Translations under genes and position numbers: made by a program
The notes under the pieces: generated by a model
What the model was told of the DNA's origin: nothing
Database searches by the model: none
What the model saw: only the letters and a program-made list of their open reading frames with translations
Assembly (NCBI RefSeq): GCF_964204645.1
Contig: NW_027437466.1
Location: 1-64,000 of the forward strand
Reading direction: 5' to 3'
From: Tubulanus polymorphus
Lineage: Eukaryota; Animalia; Nemertea
DNA: 64,000 nucleotides
Part shown: positions 37,031 to 50,682 of the stretch, in pieces
Numbering within the stretch: the first letter of the stretch is position 1
How the letters are laid out: each line of letters starts with the position of its first letter

Positions 37031-37842
37031 GAGGGAGGGAGGGAGGGAGGGAGGGAGGGAGGGAGGGAGGGAGGGAGGGAGGGAGGGAGGGAGGGAGGGA
37101 GGGAGGGAGGGAGGGAGGGAGGGAGGGAGGGAGGAGGGAGGGAGGGAGGGAGGGAGGGAGGGAGGGAGGGAGGGAGGGAGGGAGGGAGGGAGGGAGGGAG
37201 GGAGGCAGTAGGTAGGTCGTCCGTCCGTTCGTCAGTGTGCCGGCAGTGCTGGTTGTTCGAAAAACGAGTAAGTGCTGACCGGGCCTTGATCAGCATTACG
37301 ACCCGGAGCAGTGAGGGAGGGAGGGGGACAGTAGGTCGGTCGTCCGTCCGTTCGTCAGTGTGCCGGCAGTGATGGTTGTTCGAAAAACGACTAAGGGCTG
37401 ACCGGGCCTTGATCAGCGTTACGACCCGGAGCAGTGAGGGAGGGAGGGAGGGAGGGAGGGAGGGAGGAAGGGAGGGAGGGAGGGAGGGAGGGAGGGAGGG
37501 AGGGAGGGAGGAGGGAGGGAGGGAGGGAGGGAGGGAGGGAGGGAGGGAGGGAGGGAGGGAGGGAGGGAGGGAGGAGGGAGGGAGGGAGGGAGGGAGGCAG
37601 TAGGTCGGTCGTCCGTCCGTTTGTCAGTGTGCCGGCAGTGATGGTTGTTCGAAAAACGACTAAGGGCTGACCGGGCCTTGATCAGCGTTACGACCCGGAG
37701 CAGTGAGGGAGGGAGGGAGGGAGGGAGGGAGGGAGGGAGGGAGGGAGGAGGGAGGGAGGGAGGGAGGGAGGGAGGGAGGGAGGGAGGGAGGGAGGGAGGG
37801 AGGGAGGGAGGGAGGGAGGGAGGGAGGGAGGGAGGGAGGGAG
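37031..37842 (+). repeat. Three expanded (GGGA)n tracts inside satellite monomers
   Basis: At ~37031-37205, 37437-37597 and 37705-37842. Confidence 0.95.
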
Positions 37843-40800
37843 GTAGACAGTAGGTCGGTCGTCCGTCCGTTTGTCAGTGTGCCGGCAGTGATGGTTGTTC
37901 GAAAAACGACTAAGGGCTGACCGGGCTTTGATCTGCGTTACGACCCTGCGCAGTGAGGGAGGGAGGCAGGCACCAGGAGAGTCGTCGCCGGTAAGGGAGG
38001 GAGGGAGGGAGGGAGGCAGTAGGACGGTCGTCCGTCCTTTCGTCAGTGTGCCGGCAGTGATGGTTGTTCGAAAAACGACTAAGTGCTGACCGGGCCTTGA
38101 TCAGCGTTACGACCCGGCGCAGTGAGGGAAAGAGGCAGGCACCAGGACAGTCGTCTGCCCGTTAGTCAGTCTGCCGGCTTTGGTGGTTCGAAACACGACT
38201 AAGTGCTGACCGGGCCTTGATCAGCGTTACGACCCGGCGCCGGTAAGGGAGGGAGGGAGGGGGACAGTAGGTCGGTCGTCCGTCCGTGCGTCAGTGTGCC
38301 GGCAGTGCTGGTTGTTCGAAAAACGACTAAGTGCTGACCGGGCCTTGATCAGCGTTACGACCCGGAGCAGTGAGGGAGGGAGGGGGACAGTAGGTCGGTC
38401 GTCCGTCCGTTCGTAAGTGTGCCGGCGGTGGTTCTTCGAAAAAACGACTAAGTGCTGACCGGGCCTAGATCAGCGTTACGACCGGGTGCAGTGAGGGAGG
38501 AGGGAGGCAGTAGGTCAGTCGTCCGTCCGTTCGTCAGTGTGCCGGCAGTGCTGGTTGTTCGAAAAACGACTAAGTGCTGACCGGGCCTTGATCAGCGTTA
38601 CGACCCGGAGCAGTGAGGGAGGGAGGGAGGCAGTAGGTCGGTCGTCCGTCCGTTCGTAAGTGTGCCGGCGGTGGTTCTTCAAAAAAACGACTAAGTGCTG
38701 ACCGGGCCTTGAACAGCGTTACGACCCGGCGCTGGTCAGGGAGGGAGGGAGGGAGGCAGTAGATCGGTCGTCCATCCGTTCGTCAGTGTGCCGGCGGTGG
38801 TAGTTCGAAAAACGACTAGAGTGCTGACCGGGCCTTGATCAGCGTTACGACCCGGCACCGGTCAGGGAGGGAGGGAGGGTGGCAGTAGGTCGGTCGTCCG
38901 TCCGTTCGTCAGTGTGCCGGCGGTGGTGGTTCGAAAAACGACTAAGTGCTGACCGGGCCTTGATCAGCGTTATGACCCGGCACCGGTGAGGGAGGGAGGG
39001 ATGGAGGCAGTAGGTCGGTCGTCCGTCCGTTCGTCAGAGTGCCGGCAGTGCTGGTGGTTCGAAAAACGACTAAGTGCTGACCGGGCCTTGATCAGCGTTA
39101 CGACCCGGAGCAGTGAGGGAGGGAGGAAGGCAGTAGGTGGGTCGTCCGTCCGTTCGTCAGTGTGCCGGCAGTGCTGGTTGTTCGAAAAACGAGTAAGTGC
39201 TGACCGGGCCTTGATCAGCGATACGACCCGGTGCAGTGAGGGAGGGAGGGAGGGAGGCAGCAGGTCGGTCGTCCGTCCGTTCGTCAGTGTGCCGGCGGTG
39301 GTTGTTGGAAAAACGACTAAGGGCTGACCGGGCCTTGATCAGCGTTACGACCCGGAGCAGTGAGGGAGGGAGGGAGGCAGTAGGTCGGTCGTCCGTCCGT
39401 TCGTCAGTGTGCCGGCGGTGGTTCTTCGAAAAAACGACTAAGTGCTGACCGGGCCTTGATCAGCGTTACGACCCGGCGCTGGTCAGGGAGGGAGGGAGGC
39501 AGTAGGTCGGTCGTCCATCCGTTCGTTAGTGTGCCGCCGGTGGTGGTTCGAAAAACGACTAAGTGCTGACTGGGCCTTGATCAGCGTTACGACTTGGCAA
39601 CGGCCAGGGAGGGAGGGATGGAGGTAGTAGGTCGGTCGTCCGTCCGTTCGTCAGTGTGCCGGCAGTACTGGTTGTTCGAAAAACAATTAAGTGCTGACCG
39701 GGCCTTGATCAGCGTTACGACCCGGAGCAGTGAGGGAGGGAGGGAGGCAGTAGGTCGGTCGTCCGTCCGTTCGTCAGTGTGCCGGCAGTACTGGTTGTTC
39801 GAAAAACAATTAAGTGCTGACCGGGCCTTGATCAGCGTTACGACCCGGAGCAGTGAGGGAGGGAGGGAGGGAGGCAGTAGGTCGGTCGTCCGTCCGTTTG
39901 TCAGTGTGCCAGCAGTGATGGTTGTTCGAAAAACGACTAAGGGCTGACCGGGCCTTGATCAGCGTTACGACCCGGAACAGTGAGGGAGGGAGGGAGTCAG
40001 TAGGTAGGTCGTTCGTCCGTTCGTCAGTGTTCCGGCAGTGGTGGTTCGAAAAACGACTAAGTGCTGACCGGGCCTTGATCAGCGTTACGATCCGGCACCG
40101 GTCAGGGAGGGAGGGAGGGTGGCAGTAGGTCGGTCGTCCGTCCGTTCGTCAGTGTGCCGGCGGTTGTGGTTCGAAAAACGACTAAGTGCTGACCGGGCCT
40201 TGATCAGCGTTACGACCCGGCACTGGTCAGGGAGGGAGGGAGGGAGGAAGGCAGTATATCGGTCATTCGAAAAACGACTAGGTGCTGACCGGGCCTTGAT
40301 CAGCATTACGACCCGCCGCAGTGAGGGAGGGAGAGAGGGAGGCAGTAGGTCGGTCGTCAGTCCGTTCGTCAGTGTGCCGGTGGTAGTTGTTCGAAAAATG
40401 ACTAAGTGCTGACCGGGCCTTGATCAGCGTTACGACCCGGCACCGGTCAGGGAGGGAGAGAGGGAGGCAGTAGGTCGGTCGTCCGTCCGTTCGGCAGTGT
40501 GCCGGCGGTAGTTGTTCGAAAAATGACTAAGTGCTGACTGGGCCATGATCAGCGTGACGTTTCGGCACCGGTCAGGGGGGGATGGAGGTAGTAGGTCGGG
40601 CGTCCGTCCGTTCGTCAGTGTGCCGGCAGTGATGGTTGTTCGAAAAACGACTAAGTGCTGTCCGGGCCTTGATCAGCGTTACGATCCGGCGCCGGTCAGG
40701 GAGGGAGGGAGGGGGACAGTAGGTCGGTCGTCCATCCGTTCGTCAGTGTGCCGGCGGTGGTTGTTCGAAAAACGACTAAGGGCTGACCGGGCCTTGATCA

Positions 40801-43800
40801 GCGTTACGACCCGGCACCGATCAGGGAGGGAGGGAGGGTGGCAGTAGGTCGGTCGTCCGTCCATTCGTCAGAGTGCCGGCGGTGGTTGTTCGAAAAACGA
40901 CTCAGTGATGACCGGGCCTTGATCAGCGTTACGACCCGGCACTGGTCAGGGAGGGAGGGAGGGAGGAAGGCAGTATATCGGTCATTCGAAAAACGACTAA
41001 GTGCTGACCGGGCCTTGATCAGCATTACGACCCGCCGCAGTGAGGGAGGGAGAGAGGGAGGCAGTAGGTCGGTCGTCAGTCCGTTCGTCAGTGTGCCGGT
41101 GGTAGTTGTTCGAAAAATGACTAAGTGCTGACCGGGCCTTGATCAGCGTTACGACCCGGCACCGGTCAGGGAGGGAGAGAGGGAGGCAGTAGGTCGGTCG
41201 TCCGTCCGTTCGGCAGTGTGCCGGCGGTAGTTGTTCGAAAAATGACTAAGTGCTGACCGGGCCATGATCAGCGTGACGTTTCGGCACCGGTCAGGGGGGT
41301 ATGGAGGTAGTAGGTCGGGCGTCCGTCCGTTCGTCAGTGTGCCGGCAGTGATGGTTGTTCGAAAAACGACTAAGTGCTGTCCGGGCCTTGATCAGCGTTA
41401 CGATCTGGCGCCGGTCAGGGAGGGAGGGAGGGGGACAGTAGGTCGGTCGTCCATCCGTTCGTCAGTGTGCCGGCGGTGGTTGTTCGAAAAACGACTAAGG
41501 GCTGACCGGGCCTTGATCAGCGTTACGACCCGGAGCAGTGAGGGAGGGAGGGGGACAGTAGGTCGGTCGTCCGTCCGTTCGTCAGTGTGCCGGCGGTGGT
41601 TGTTGGAAAAACGACTAAGGGCTGACCGGGCCTTGATCAGCGTTACGACCCGGAGCAGTGAGGGAGGGAGGGAGGGAGGCAGTAGGTCGGTCGTCCGTCC
41701 GTTCGTCAGTGTGCCGGCGGTGGTTCTTCGAAAAAACGACTAAGTGCTGACCGGGCCTTGATCAGCGTTACGACCCGGCGCTGGTCATGGAGGGAGGGAG
41801 GCAGTAGGTCGGTCGTCCATCCGTTCGTTTGTGTGCCGCCGGTGGTGGTTCGAAAAACGACTAAGTGCTGACTGGGCCTTGATCAGCGTTATGACTTGGC
41901 AACGGCCAGGGAGGGAGGGATGGAGGTAGTAGGTCGGTCGTCCGTCCGTTCGTCAGTGTGCCGGCAGTACTGGTTGTTCGAAAAACAATTAAGTGCTGAC
42001 CGGGCCTTGATCAGCGTTACGACCCGGAGCAGTGAGGGAGGGAGGGAGGCAGTAGGTCGGTCGTCCGTCCGTTCGTCAGTGTGCCGGCAGTACTGGTTGT
42101 TCGAAAAACAATTAAGTGCTGACCGGGCCTTGATCAGCGTTACGACCCGGAGCAGTGAGGGAGGGAGGGAGGGAGGCAGTAGGTCGGTCGTCCGTCCGTT
42201 TGTCAGTGTGCCAGCAGTGATGGTTGTTCGAAAAACAACTAAGGGCTGACCGGGCCTTGATCAGCGTTACGACCCGGAACAGTGAGGGAGGGAGGGAGTC
42301 AGTAGGTAGGTCGTTCGTCCGTTCGTCAGTGTTCCGGCAGTGGTGGTTCGAAAAACGACTAAGTGCTGACCGGGCCTTGATCAGCGTTACGATCCGGCAC
42401 CGGTCAGGGAGGGAGGGAGGGTGGCAGTAGGTCGGTCGTCCGTCCGTTCGTCAGTGTGCCGGCGGTTGTGGTTCGAAAAACGACTAAGTGCTGACCGGGC
42501 CTTGATCAGCGTTACGACCCGGTGCAGTGAGGGAGGGAGGGAGGGAGGAAGGCAGTATATCGGTCATTCGAAAAACGACTAAGTGCTGACCGGGCCTTGA
42601 TCAGCATTACGACCCGCCGCAGTGAGGGAGGGAGAGAGGGAGGCAGTAGGTCGGTCGTCAGTCCGTTCGTCAGTGTGCCGGTGGTAGTTGTTCGAAAAAT
42701 GACTAAGTGCTGACCGGGCCTTGATCAGCGTTACGACCCGGCACCGGTCAGGGAGGGAGAGAGGGAGGCAGTAGGTCGGTCGTCCGTCCGTTCGGCAGTG
42801 TGCCGGCGGTAGTTGTTCGAAAAATGACTAAGTGCTGACCGGGCCATGATCAGCGTGACGTTTCGGCACCGGTCAGGGGGGTATGGAGGTAGTAGGTCGG
42901 GCGTCCGTCCGTTCGTCAGTGTGCCGGCAGTGATGGTTGTTCGAAAAACGACTAAGTGCTGTCCGGGCCTTGATCAGCGTTACGATCCGGCGCCGGTCAG
43001 GGAGGGAGGGAGGGGGACAGTAGGTCGGTCGTCCATCCGTTCGTCAGTGTGCCGGCGGTGGTTGTTCGAAAAACGACTAAGGGCTGACCGGGCCTTGTTC
43101 AGCGTTACGACCCGGCACCGGTCAGGGAGGGAGGGAGGGTGGCAGTAGGTCGGTCGTCCGTCCATTCGTCAGAGTGCCGGCGGTGGTTGTTCGAAAAACG
43201 ACTAAGTGATGACCGGGCCTTGATCAGCGTTACGACCCGGTGCAGTGAGGGAGGGAGGGAGGGAGGGAGGCAGTAGGCCGGTCGTCCGTCCGTTTGTCAG
43301 TGTGCCGGCAGTGATGGTTGTTCAGAAAACGACTAAGGGCTTACTGGGCCTTGATCAGCGTTACGACCCGGAGCAGTGAGGGAGGGAGGGAGGCAGTAGG
43401 TAGGTCGTCCGTCCGTTTGTCAGTGTGCCGGCAGTAATGGTTGTTCGAAAAACGACTAAGTGCTCACCGGGCCTTGATCAGCGTTACGACCTGGAGCAGT
43501 GAAGGAGGAAGGGGGACAGTAGGTCGGTCGTCCGTCCGTTCGTCAGTATGCCGGCGGTGGTTGTTCAAAAAACGACCAAGTGCTGACAAGGCCTTGATCA
43601 GCGTTACGACCCGGCACTGGTCAGGGAGGGAGGGAGGGAGGCAGTAGGTCGGTCATCCGTCCGTTCGTCAGAGTGCCGGCGGTAGCTGTTCGAAAAACGA
43701 CTAAGTGCTGACCGGGCCTTGATCAGCGTTACGACCCGGCGCAGTGAGGGAGGGAGGGAGGGAGGCAGTAGGTCGGTCGTCCATCCGTTTGTCAGTGTGC

Positions 43801-46800
43801 CGGCGGTGGTTGTTCGAAAAACGACTAAGTTCTGACCGGGCCTTGATCAGCGTTACGACCCGATGCAGTGAGGGAGGGAGGGAGGCACTAGGACAGTCGT
43901 CCGCCCGTTAGTCAGTGTGTCGGCGGTTGTTGTTCGAAAAACGACTAAGCTGACCGGGCCATGAACAGCGTTACGACCCGGCACCGGTCAGGAAGGGAGG
44001 GAGGGTGGCAGTAGGTCGGTCGTCCGTCCGTTCGTCAGTGTGCCGGCGGTGGTTGTTCGAAAAACGACTAAGTGCTGACCGGGCCTTAATCAGCGTTACG
44101 ACCCGGCACCGGTCAGGGAGGGAGGGAGGGAGGGAGGCAGTAGGTCGGTCGTCCGTCCGTTCGTCAGTGTGCCGGCGGTGGTTGTTCGAAAAACGACTAA
44201 GTGCTGACCGGGCCTTGATCAGCGTTACGACCCGGAGCAGTGAGGGAGGGAGGGAGGCAGTAGGTCGGTCGTCCGTCCGTTCGCCAGTGTGCCGGCGGTG
44301 GTTTTTCGAAAAACGACTAAGCGCTGACCGGGCCTTAATCAGCGTTACGACCCGGAGCATTGAGGGAGGGAGGGAGGCAGTAGGTCGGTCGTCCGTCCGT
44401 TTGTCAGTGTGCCGGCAGTGATGGTTGTTCGAAAAACGACTAAGGGCTGACTGGGCCTTGATCAGCGTTACGACTTGGCAACGGCCAGGGAGGGAGGGAT
44501 GGAGGTAGTAGGTCGGTCGTCCGTCCGTTCGTCAGTGTGCCAGCAGTACTGGTTGTTCGAAAAACAATTAAGTGCTGACCGGGCCTTGATCAGCGTTATG
44601 ACCCGGAGCAGTGAGGGAGGGAGGGAGGCAGTAGGTCGGTCGTCCGTCCGTTCGTCAGTGTGCCGGCAGTACTGGTGGTTCGAAAAACAATTAAGTGCTG
44701 ACCGGGCCTTGATCAGCGTTACGACCCGGAGCAGTGAGGGAGGGAGGGAGGGAGGGAGGCAGTAGGTCGGTCGTCCGTCCGTTTGTCAGTGTGCCGGCAG
44801 TGATGGTTGTTCGAAAAACGACTAAGGGCTGACCGGGCCTTGATCAGCGTTACGACCCGGAACAGTGAGGGAGGGAGGGAGTCAGTAGGTAGGTCGTTCG
44901 TCCGTTCGTCAGTGTTCCGGCAGTGGTGGTTCGAAAAACGACTAAGTGCTGACCGGGCCTTGATCAGCGTTACGATCCGGCACCGGTCAGGGAGGGAGGG
45001 AGGGTGGCAGTAGGTCGGTCGTCCGTCCGTTCGTCAGTGTGCCGGCGGTTGTGGTTCGAAAAACGACTAAGTGCTGACCGGGCCTTGATCAGCGTTACGA
45101 CCCGGCACTGGTCAGGGAGGGAGGGAGGGAGGAAGGCAGTATATCGGTCATTCGAAAAACGACTAAGTGCTGACCGGGCCTTGATCAGCATTACGACCCG
45201 CCCCAGTGAGGGAGGGAGAGAGGGAGGCAGTAGGTCGGTCGTCAGTCCGTTCGTCAGTGTGCCGGTGGTAGTTGTTCGAAAAATGACTAAGTGCTGACCG
45301 GGCCTTGATCAGCGTTACGACCCGGCACCGGTCAGGGAGGGAGAGAGGGAGGCAGTAGGTCGGTCGTCCGTCCGTTCGGCAGTGTGCCGGCGGTAGTTGT
45401 TCGAAAAATGACTAAGTGCTGACCGGGCCATGATCAGCGTGACGTTTCGGCACCGGTCAGGGGGGTATGGAGGTAGTAGATCGGGCGTCCGTCCGTTCGT
45501 CAGTGTGCCGGCAGTGATGGTTGTTCGAAAAACGACTAAGTGCTGACCGGGCCTTGATCAGCGTTACGACCCGGCGCAGTGAGGGAGGGAGGCTCACACC
45601 AGGAGAGTCGTCGCTGGTAAGGGAGGGAGGGAGGGAGGCAGTAGGTCGGTCGTCCGTCCTTTCGTCAGTGTGCCGGCAGTGATGGTTGTTCGAAAAACGA
45701 CTAAGTGCTGACATGGCCTTGATCAGCGTTACGACCCGGCGCAGTGAGGGAGGGAGGCAGGCACCAGGACAGTCGTCCGCCCGTTAGTCAGTCTACCGGC
45801 ATTGGTGGTTCGAAACACGACTAAGTGCTGACCGGGCCTTGATCAGCGTTACGAACCGCCGCCGGTAAGGGAGGGAGGGAGGGAGGGAGGCAGTAGGTCG
45901 GTCGTCTGTCCGTTCGTCAGTGTGCCGGCGGTGGTTGTTCGAAAAACGACTCAGTGCTGACCGGGCCTTGATCAGCGTTACGACCCGGACCAGTGAGGGA
46001 GGGAGGGAGGTTGGCAGTAGGTCGGTCGTCCGTCCGTTCGTCAGTGTGCCGGCGGTGGTGGTTCGAAAAACGACTAAGTGCTGACCGGGCCTTGATCAGC
46101 GTTACGACCCGGAGCAGTGAGGGAGGGAGGAAGGCAATAGGTGGGTCGTCCGTCCGTTCGTCAGTGTGCCGGCAGTGCTGGTTGTTCGAAAAACGATTAA
46201 GTGCTGACCGGGCCTTGATCAGCGTTACGACCCGGAGCAGTGAGGGAGGGAGGGAGGCAGTAGGTCGGTCGTCCGTCCGTTCGCCAGTGTGCCGCTGGTG
46301 GTTGTTCGAAAAACGACTAAGTGCTGACCGGGCCTTGATGAGCGTTACGACCCGGAGCAGTGAGGGAGGGAGGGAGGGAGGGAGGGAGGCAGTAGGTCGG
46401 TCGTCCGTCCGTTCGCCAGTGTGCCGCTGGTGGTTGTTCGAAAAACGACTAAGTGCTGACCGGGCCTTGATCAGCGTTACGACCCGGTGCAGTGAGGGAG
46501 GGAGGGAGGCACTAGGACAGTCGTCCGCCCGTTCGTCAGTGTGCCGGCGGTGGTTGTTCGAAAAACGACTAAGTGCTGACCGGGCCATGAACTGCGTTAC
46601 GACCCGGCACCGGTCAGGAAGGGAGGGAGGGTGGCAGTAGGTCGGTCGTCCGTTCGTTGGTCAGTGTGCCGGCGGTGGTAGTTCGAAAAACGACTAAGTG
46701 CTGACCGGGCCTTGATCAGCGTTACGACCCGGAGCAGTGACGGAGGGAGGGAGGCAGTAGGTCGGTCGTCCGTCCGTTCGCCAGAGTGCCGCTGGTGGTT

Positions 46801-49800
46801 GTTCGAAAAACGACTAAGTGCTGACCGGGCCTTGATCAGCGTTACGACCCGGTGCAGTGAGGGAGGGAGGGAGGCACTAGGACAGTCGTCCGCCCGTTAG
46901 TCAGTGTGTCGGCGGTTGTTGTTCGAAAAACGACTAAGTGCTGACCGGGCCATGAACAGCGTTACGACCCGGCACCGGTCAGGAAGGGAGGGAGGGTGGC
47001 AGTAGGTCGGTCGTCCGTTCGTTGGTCAGTGTGCCGGCGGTGGTAGTTCGAAAAACGACTAAGTGCTGACCGGGCCTTGATCAACGTTACGACCCGGAGC
47101 ATTGAGGGAGGGAGGGAGGCAGTAGGTCGGTCGTCCGTCCGTTCGCCAGTGTGCCGCTGGTGGTTGTTCGAAAAACGACTAAGTGCTGACCAGTGCTGAC
47201 CGGGCCTTGATCAGCGTTACGACCCGGAGCAGTGAGGGAGGGAGGGAGGCAGTAGGTCGGTCGTCCATCCGTTCGTCAGTGTGTCGGCGGTTGCTGTTTG
47301 AAAAACGACTATGTGCTGACCGGGCCATGAACAGCGTTACGACCCGGCACCGGTCAGGAAGGGAGGGAGGGAGGCAGTAGGTCGGTCGTCCATCCGTTCG
47401 TCAGTGTGCCGGCGGTGGTTGTTCGAAAAACGACTAAGTGCTGACCGGGCCTTGATCAGCGTTACCACCCGGAGCAGTGAGGGAGGGAGGGAGGCAGTAG
47501 GTCGGTCGTCCATCCGTTCGTCAGTGTGTCGGCGGTTGTGGTTCGAAAAACGACTAAGTGCTGACCGGGCCTTGATCAGCGTTACGACCCGGCACTGGTC
47601 AGGGAGGGAGGGAGGGAGGAAGGCAGTATATCGGTCATTCGAAAAACGACTAAGTGCTGACCGGGCCTTGATCAGCATTACGACCCGCCCCAGTGAGGGA
47701 GGGAGAGAGGGAGGCAGTAGGTCGGTCGTCAGTCCGTTCGTCAGTGTGCCGGTGGTAGTTGTTCGAAAAATGACTAAGTGCTGACCGGGCCTTGATCAGC
47801 GTTACGACCCGGCACCGGTCAGGGAGGGAGAGAGGGAGGCAGTAGGTCGGTCGTCCGTCCGTTCGGCAGTGTGCCGGCGGTAGTTGTTCGAAAAATGACT
47901 AAGTGCTGACCGGGCCATGATCAGCGTGACGTTTCGGCACCGGTCAGGGGGGTATGGAGGTAGTAGATCGGGCGTCCGTCCGTTCGTCAGTGTGCCGGCA
48001 GTGATGGTTGTTCGAAAAACGACTAAGTGCTGACCGGGCCTTGATCAGCGTTACGACCCGGCGCAGTGAGGGAGGGAGGCTCACACCAGGAGAGTCGTCG
48101 CTGGTAAGGGAGGGAGGGAGGGAGGCAGTAGGTCGGTCGTCCGTCCTTTCGTCAGTGTGCCGGCAGTGATGGTTGTTCGAAAAACGACTAAGTGCTGACA
48201 TGGCCTTGATCAGCGTTACGACCCGGCGCAGTGAGGGAGGGAGGCAGGCACCAGGACAGTCGTCCCGCCCGTTAGTCAGTCTACCGGCATTGGTGGTTCG
48301 AAACACGACTAAGTGCTGACCGGGCCTTGATCAGCGTTACGAACCGCCGCCGGTAAGGGAGGGAGGGAGGGAGGGAGGCAGTAGGTCGGTCGTCTGTCCG
48401 TTCGTCAGTGTGCCGGCGGTGGTTGTTCGAAAAACGACTCAGTGCTGACCGGGCCTTGATCAGCGTTACGACCCGGACCAGTGAGGGAGGGAGGGAGGTT
48501 GGCAGTAGGTCGGTCGTCCGTCCGTTCGTCAGTGTGCCGGCGGTGGGTGGTTCGAAAAACGACTAAGTGCTGACCGGGCCTTGATCAGCGTTACGACCCG
48601 GAGCAGTGAGGGAGGGAGGAAGGCAATAGGTGGGTCGTCCGTCCGTTCGTCAGTGTGCCGGCAGTGCTGGTTGTTCGAAAAACGATTAAGTGCTGACCGG
48701 GCCTTGATCAGCGTTACGACCCGGAGCAGTGAGGGAGGGAGGGAGGCAGTAGGTCGGTCGTCCGTCCGTTCGCCAGTGTGCCGCTGGTGGTTGTTCGAAA
48801 AACGACTAAGTGCTGACCGGGCCTTGATCAGCGTTACGACCCGGAGCAGTGAGGGAGGGAGGGAGGCAGTAGGTCGGTCGTCCATCCGTTCGTCAGTGTG
48901 TCGGCGGTTGCTGTTTGAAAAACGACTATGTGCTGACCGGGCCATGAACAGCGTTACGACCCGGCACCGGTCAGGAAGGGAGGGAGGGAGGCAGTAGGTC
49001 GGTCGTCCATCCGTTCGTCAGTGTGCCGGCGGTGGTTGTTCGAAAAACGACTAAGTGCTGACCGGGCCTTGATCAGCGTTACCACCCGGAGCAGTGAGGG
49101 AGGGAGGGAGGCAGTAGGTCGGTCGTCCATCCGTTCGTCAGTGTGTCGGCGGTTGCTGTTTGAAAAACGACTAAGTGCTGACCGGGCCATGAACAGCGTT
49201 ACGACCCGGCACCGGTCAGGAAGGGAGGGAGGGAGGCAGTAGGTCGGTCGTCCATCCGTTCGTCAGTGTGCCGGCGGTGGTTGTTCGAAAAACGACTAAG
49301 TGCTGACCGGGCCTTGATCAGCGTTACCACCCGGTGCAGTGAGGGAGGGAGGGAGGCACTAGGACAGTCGTCCGCCCGTTAGTCAGTGTGTCGGCGGTTG
49401 TTGTTCGAAAAACGACTAAGTGCTGACCGGGTCTTGATCAGCGTTACGACCCGCAGCAGTGAGGGAGGGAGGGAGGCAGTAGGTCGGTCGTCCATCCGGT
49501 CGTTAGTGTGCCGGCGGTGGTTGTTCGAAAAACGACTAAGTGCTGACCGGGCCTTGATCAGCGTTACGACCCGGAGCAGTGAGGGAGGGAGGGAGGCAGT
49601 AGGTCGGTCGTCCGTCCGTTCGCCAGTGTGCCGCTGGTGGTTGTTCGAAAAACGACTAAGTGCTGACCGGGCCTTGATCAGCGTTACGACCCGGTGCAGT
49701 GAGGGAGGGAGGGAGGCACTATGACAGTCGTCCGCCCGTTAGTCAGTGTGTCGGCGGTTGTTGTTCGAAAAACGACTAAGTGCTGACCGGGCCTTGATCA

Positions 49801-49948
49801 GCGTAACGACCCGGTGCAGTGAGGGAGGGAGGGAGGGAGGCAGTAGGTCGGTCGTCCGTCCGTTCGTCAGTGTGCCGGCAGTGCTGGTTGTTCGAAAAAC
49901 AATTAAGTGCTTACCGGGCCTTGATCAGCGTTACGACCCGGAGCAGTG

Positions 49949-50682
49949 AGGGAGGGAGGGAGGGAGGGAGGGAGGGAGGGAGGGAGGGAGGGAGGGAGGG
50001 AGGGAGGGAGGGAGGGAGGGAGGGAGGGAGGGAGGCAGTAGGTAGGTCGTCCGTCCGTTCGTCAGTGTGCCGGCAGTGCTGGTTGTTCGAAAAACGAGTA
50101 AGTGCTGACCGGGCCTTGATCAGCATTACCACCCGGAGCAGTGAGGGAGGGAGGGAGGCAGTAGGTCGGTCGTCCGTCCGTTCGTCAGTGTGCCGGCAGT
50201 GATGGTTGTTCGAAAAACGACTAAGGGCTGACCGGGCCTTGATCAGCGTTACGACCCGGAGCAGTGAGGGAGGGAGGGAGGGAGGGAGGGAGGGAGGGAG
50301 GGAGGGAGGGAGGGAGGGAGGGAGGGAGGGAGGGAGGGAGGGAGGGAGGGAGGGAGGGAGGGAGGGAGGAGGGAGGGAGGGAGGGAGGGAGGGAGGGAGG
50401 GAGGGAGGGAGGGAGGGAGGGAGGGAGGGAGGGAGGGAGGGAGGGAGGGAGGGAGGGAGGGAGGGAGGGAGGGAGGCAGTAGGTCGGTCGTCCGTCCGTT
50501 TGTCAGTGTGCCGGCAGTGATGGTTGTTCGAAAAACGACTAAGGGCTGACCGGGCCTTGATCAGCGTTACGACCCGGAGCAGTGAGGGAGGGAGGGAGGG
50601 AGGGAGGGAGGGAGGGAGGGAGGGAGGGAGGGAGGGAGGGAGGGAGGGAGGGAGGGAGGGAGGGAGGGAGGGAGGGAGGGAG
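49949..50682 (+). repeat. Three expanded (GGGA)n tracts, duplicate of the 37-kb cluster
   Basis: At ~49949-50035, 50266-50475 and 50584-50682. Confidence 0.95.
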
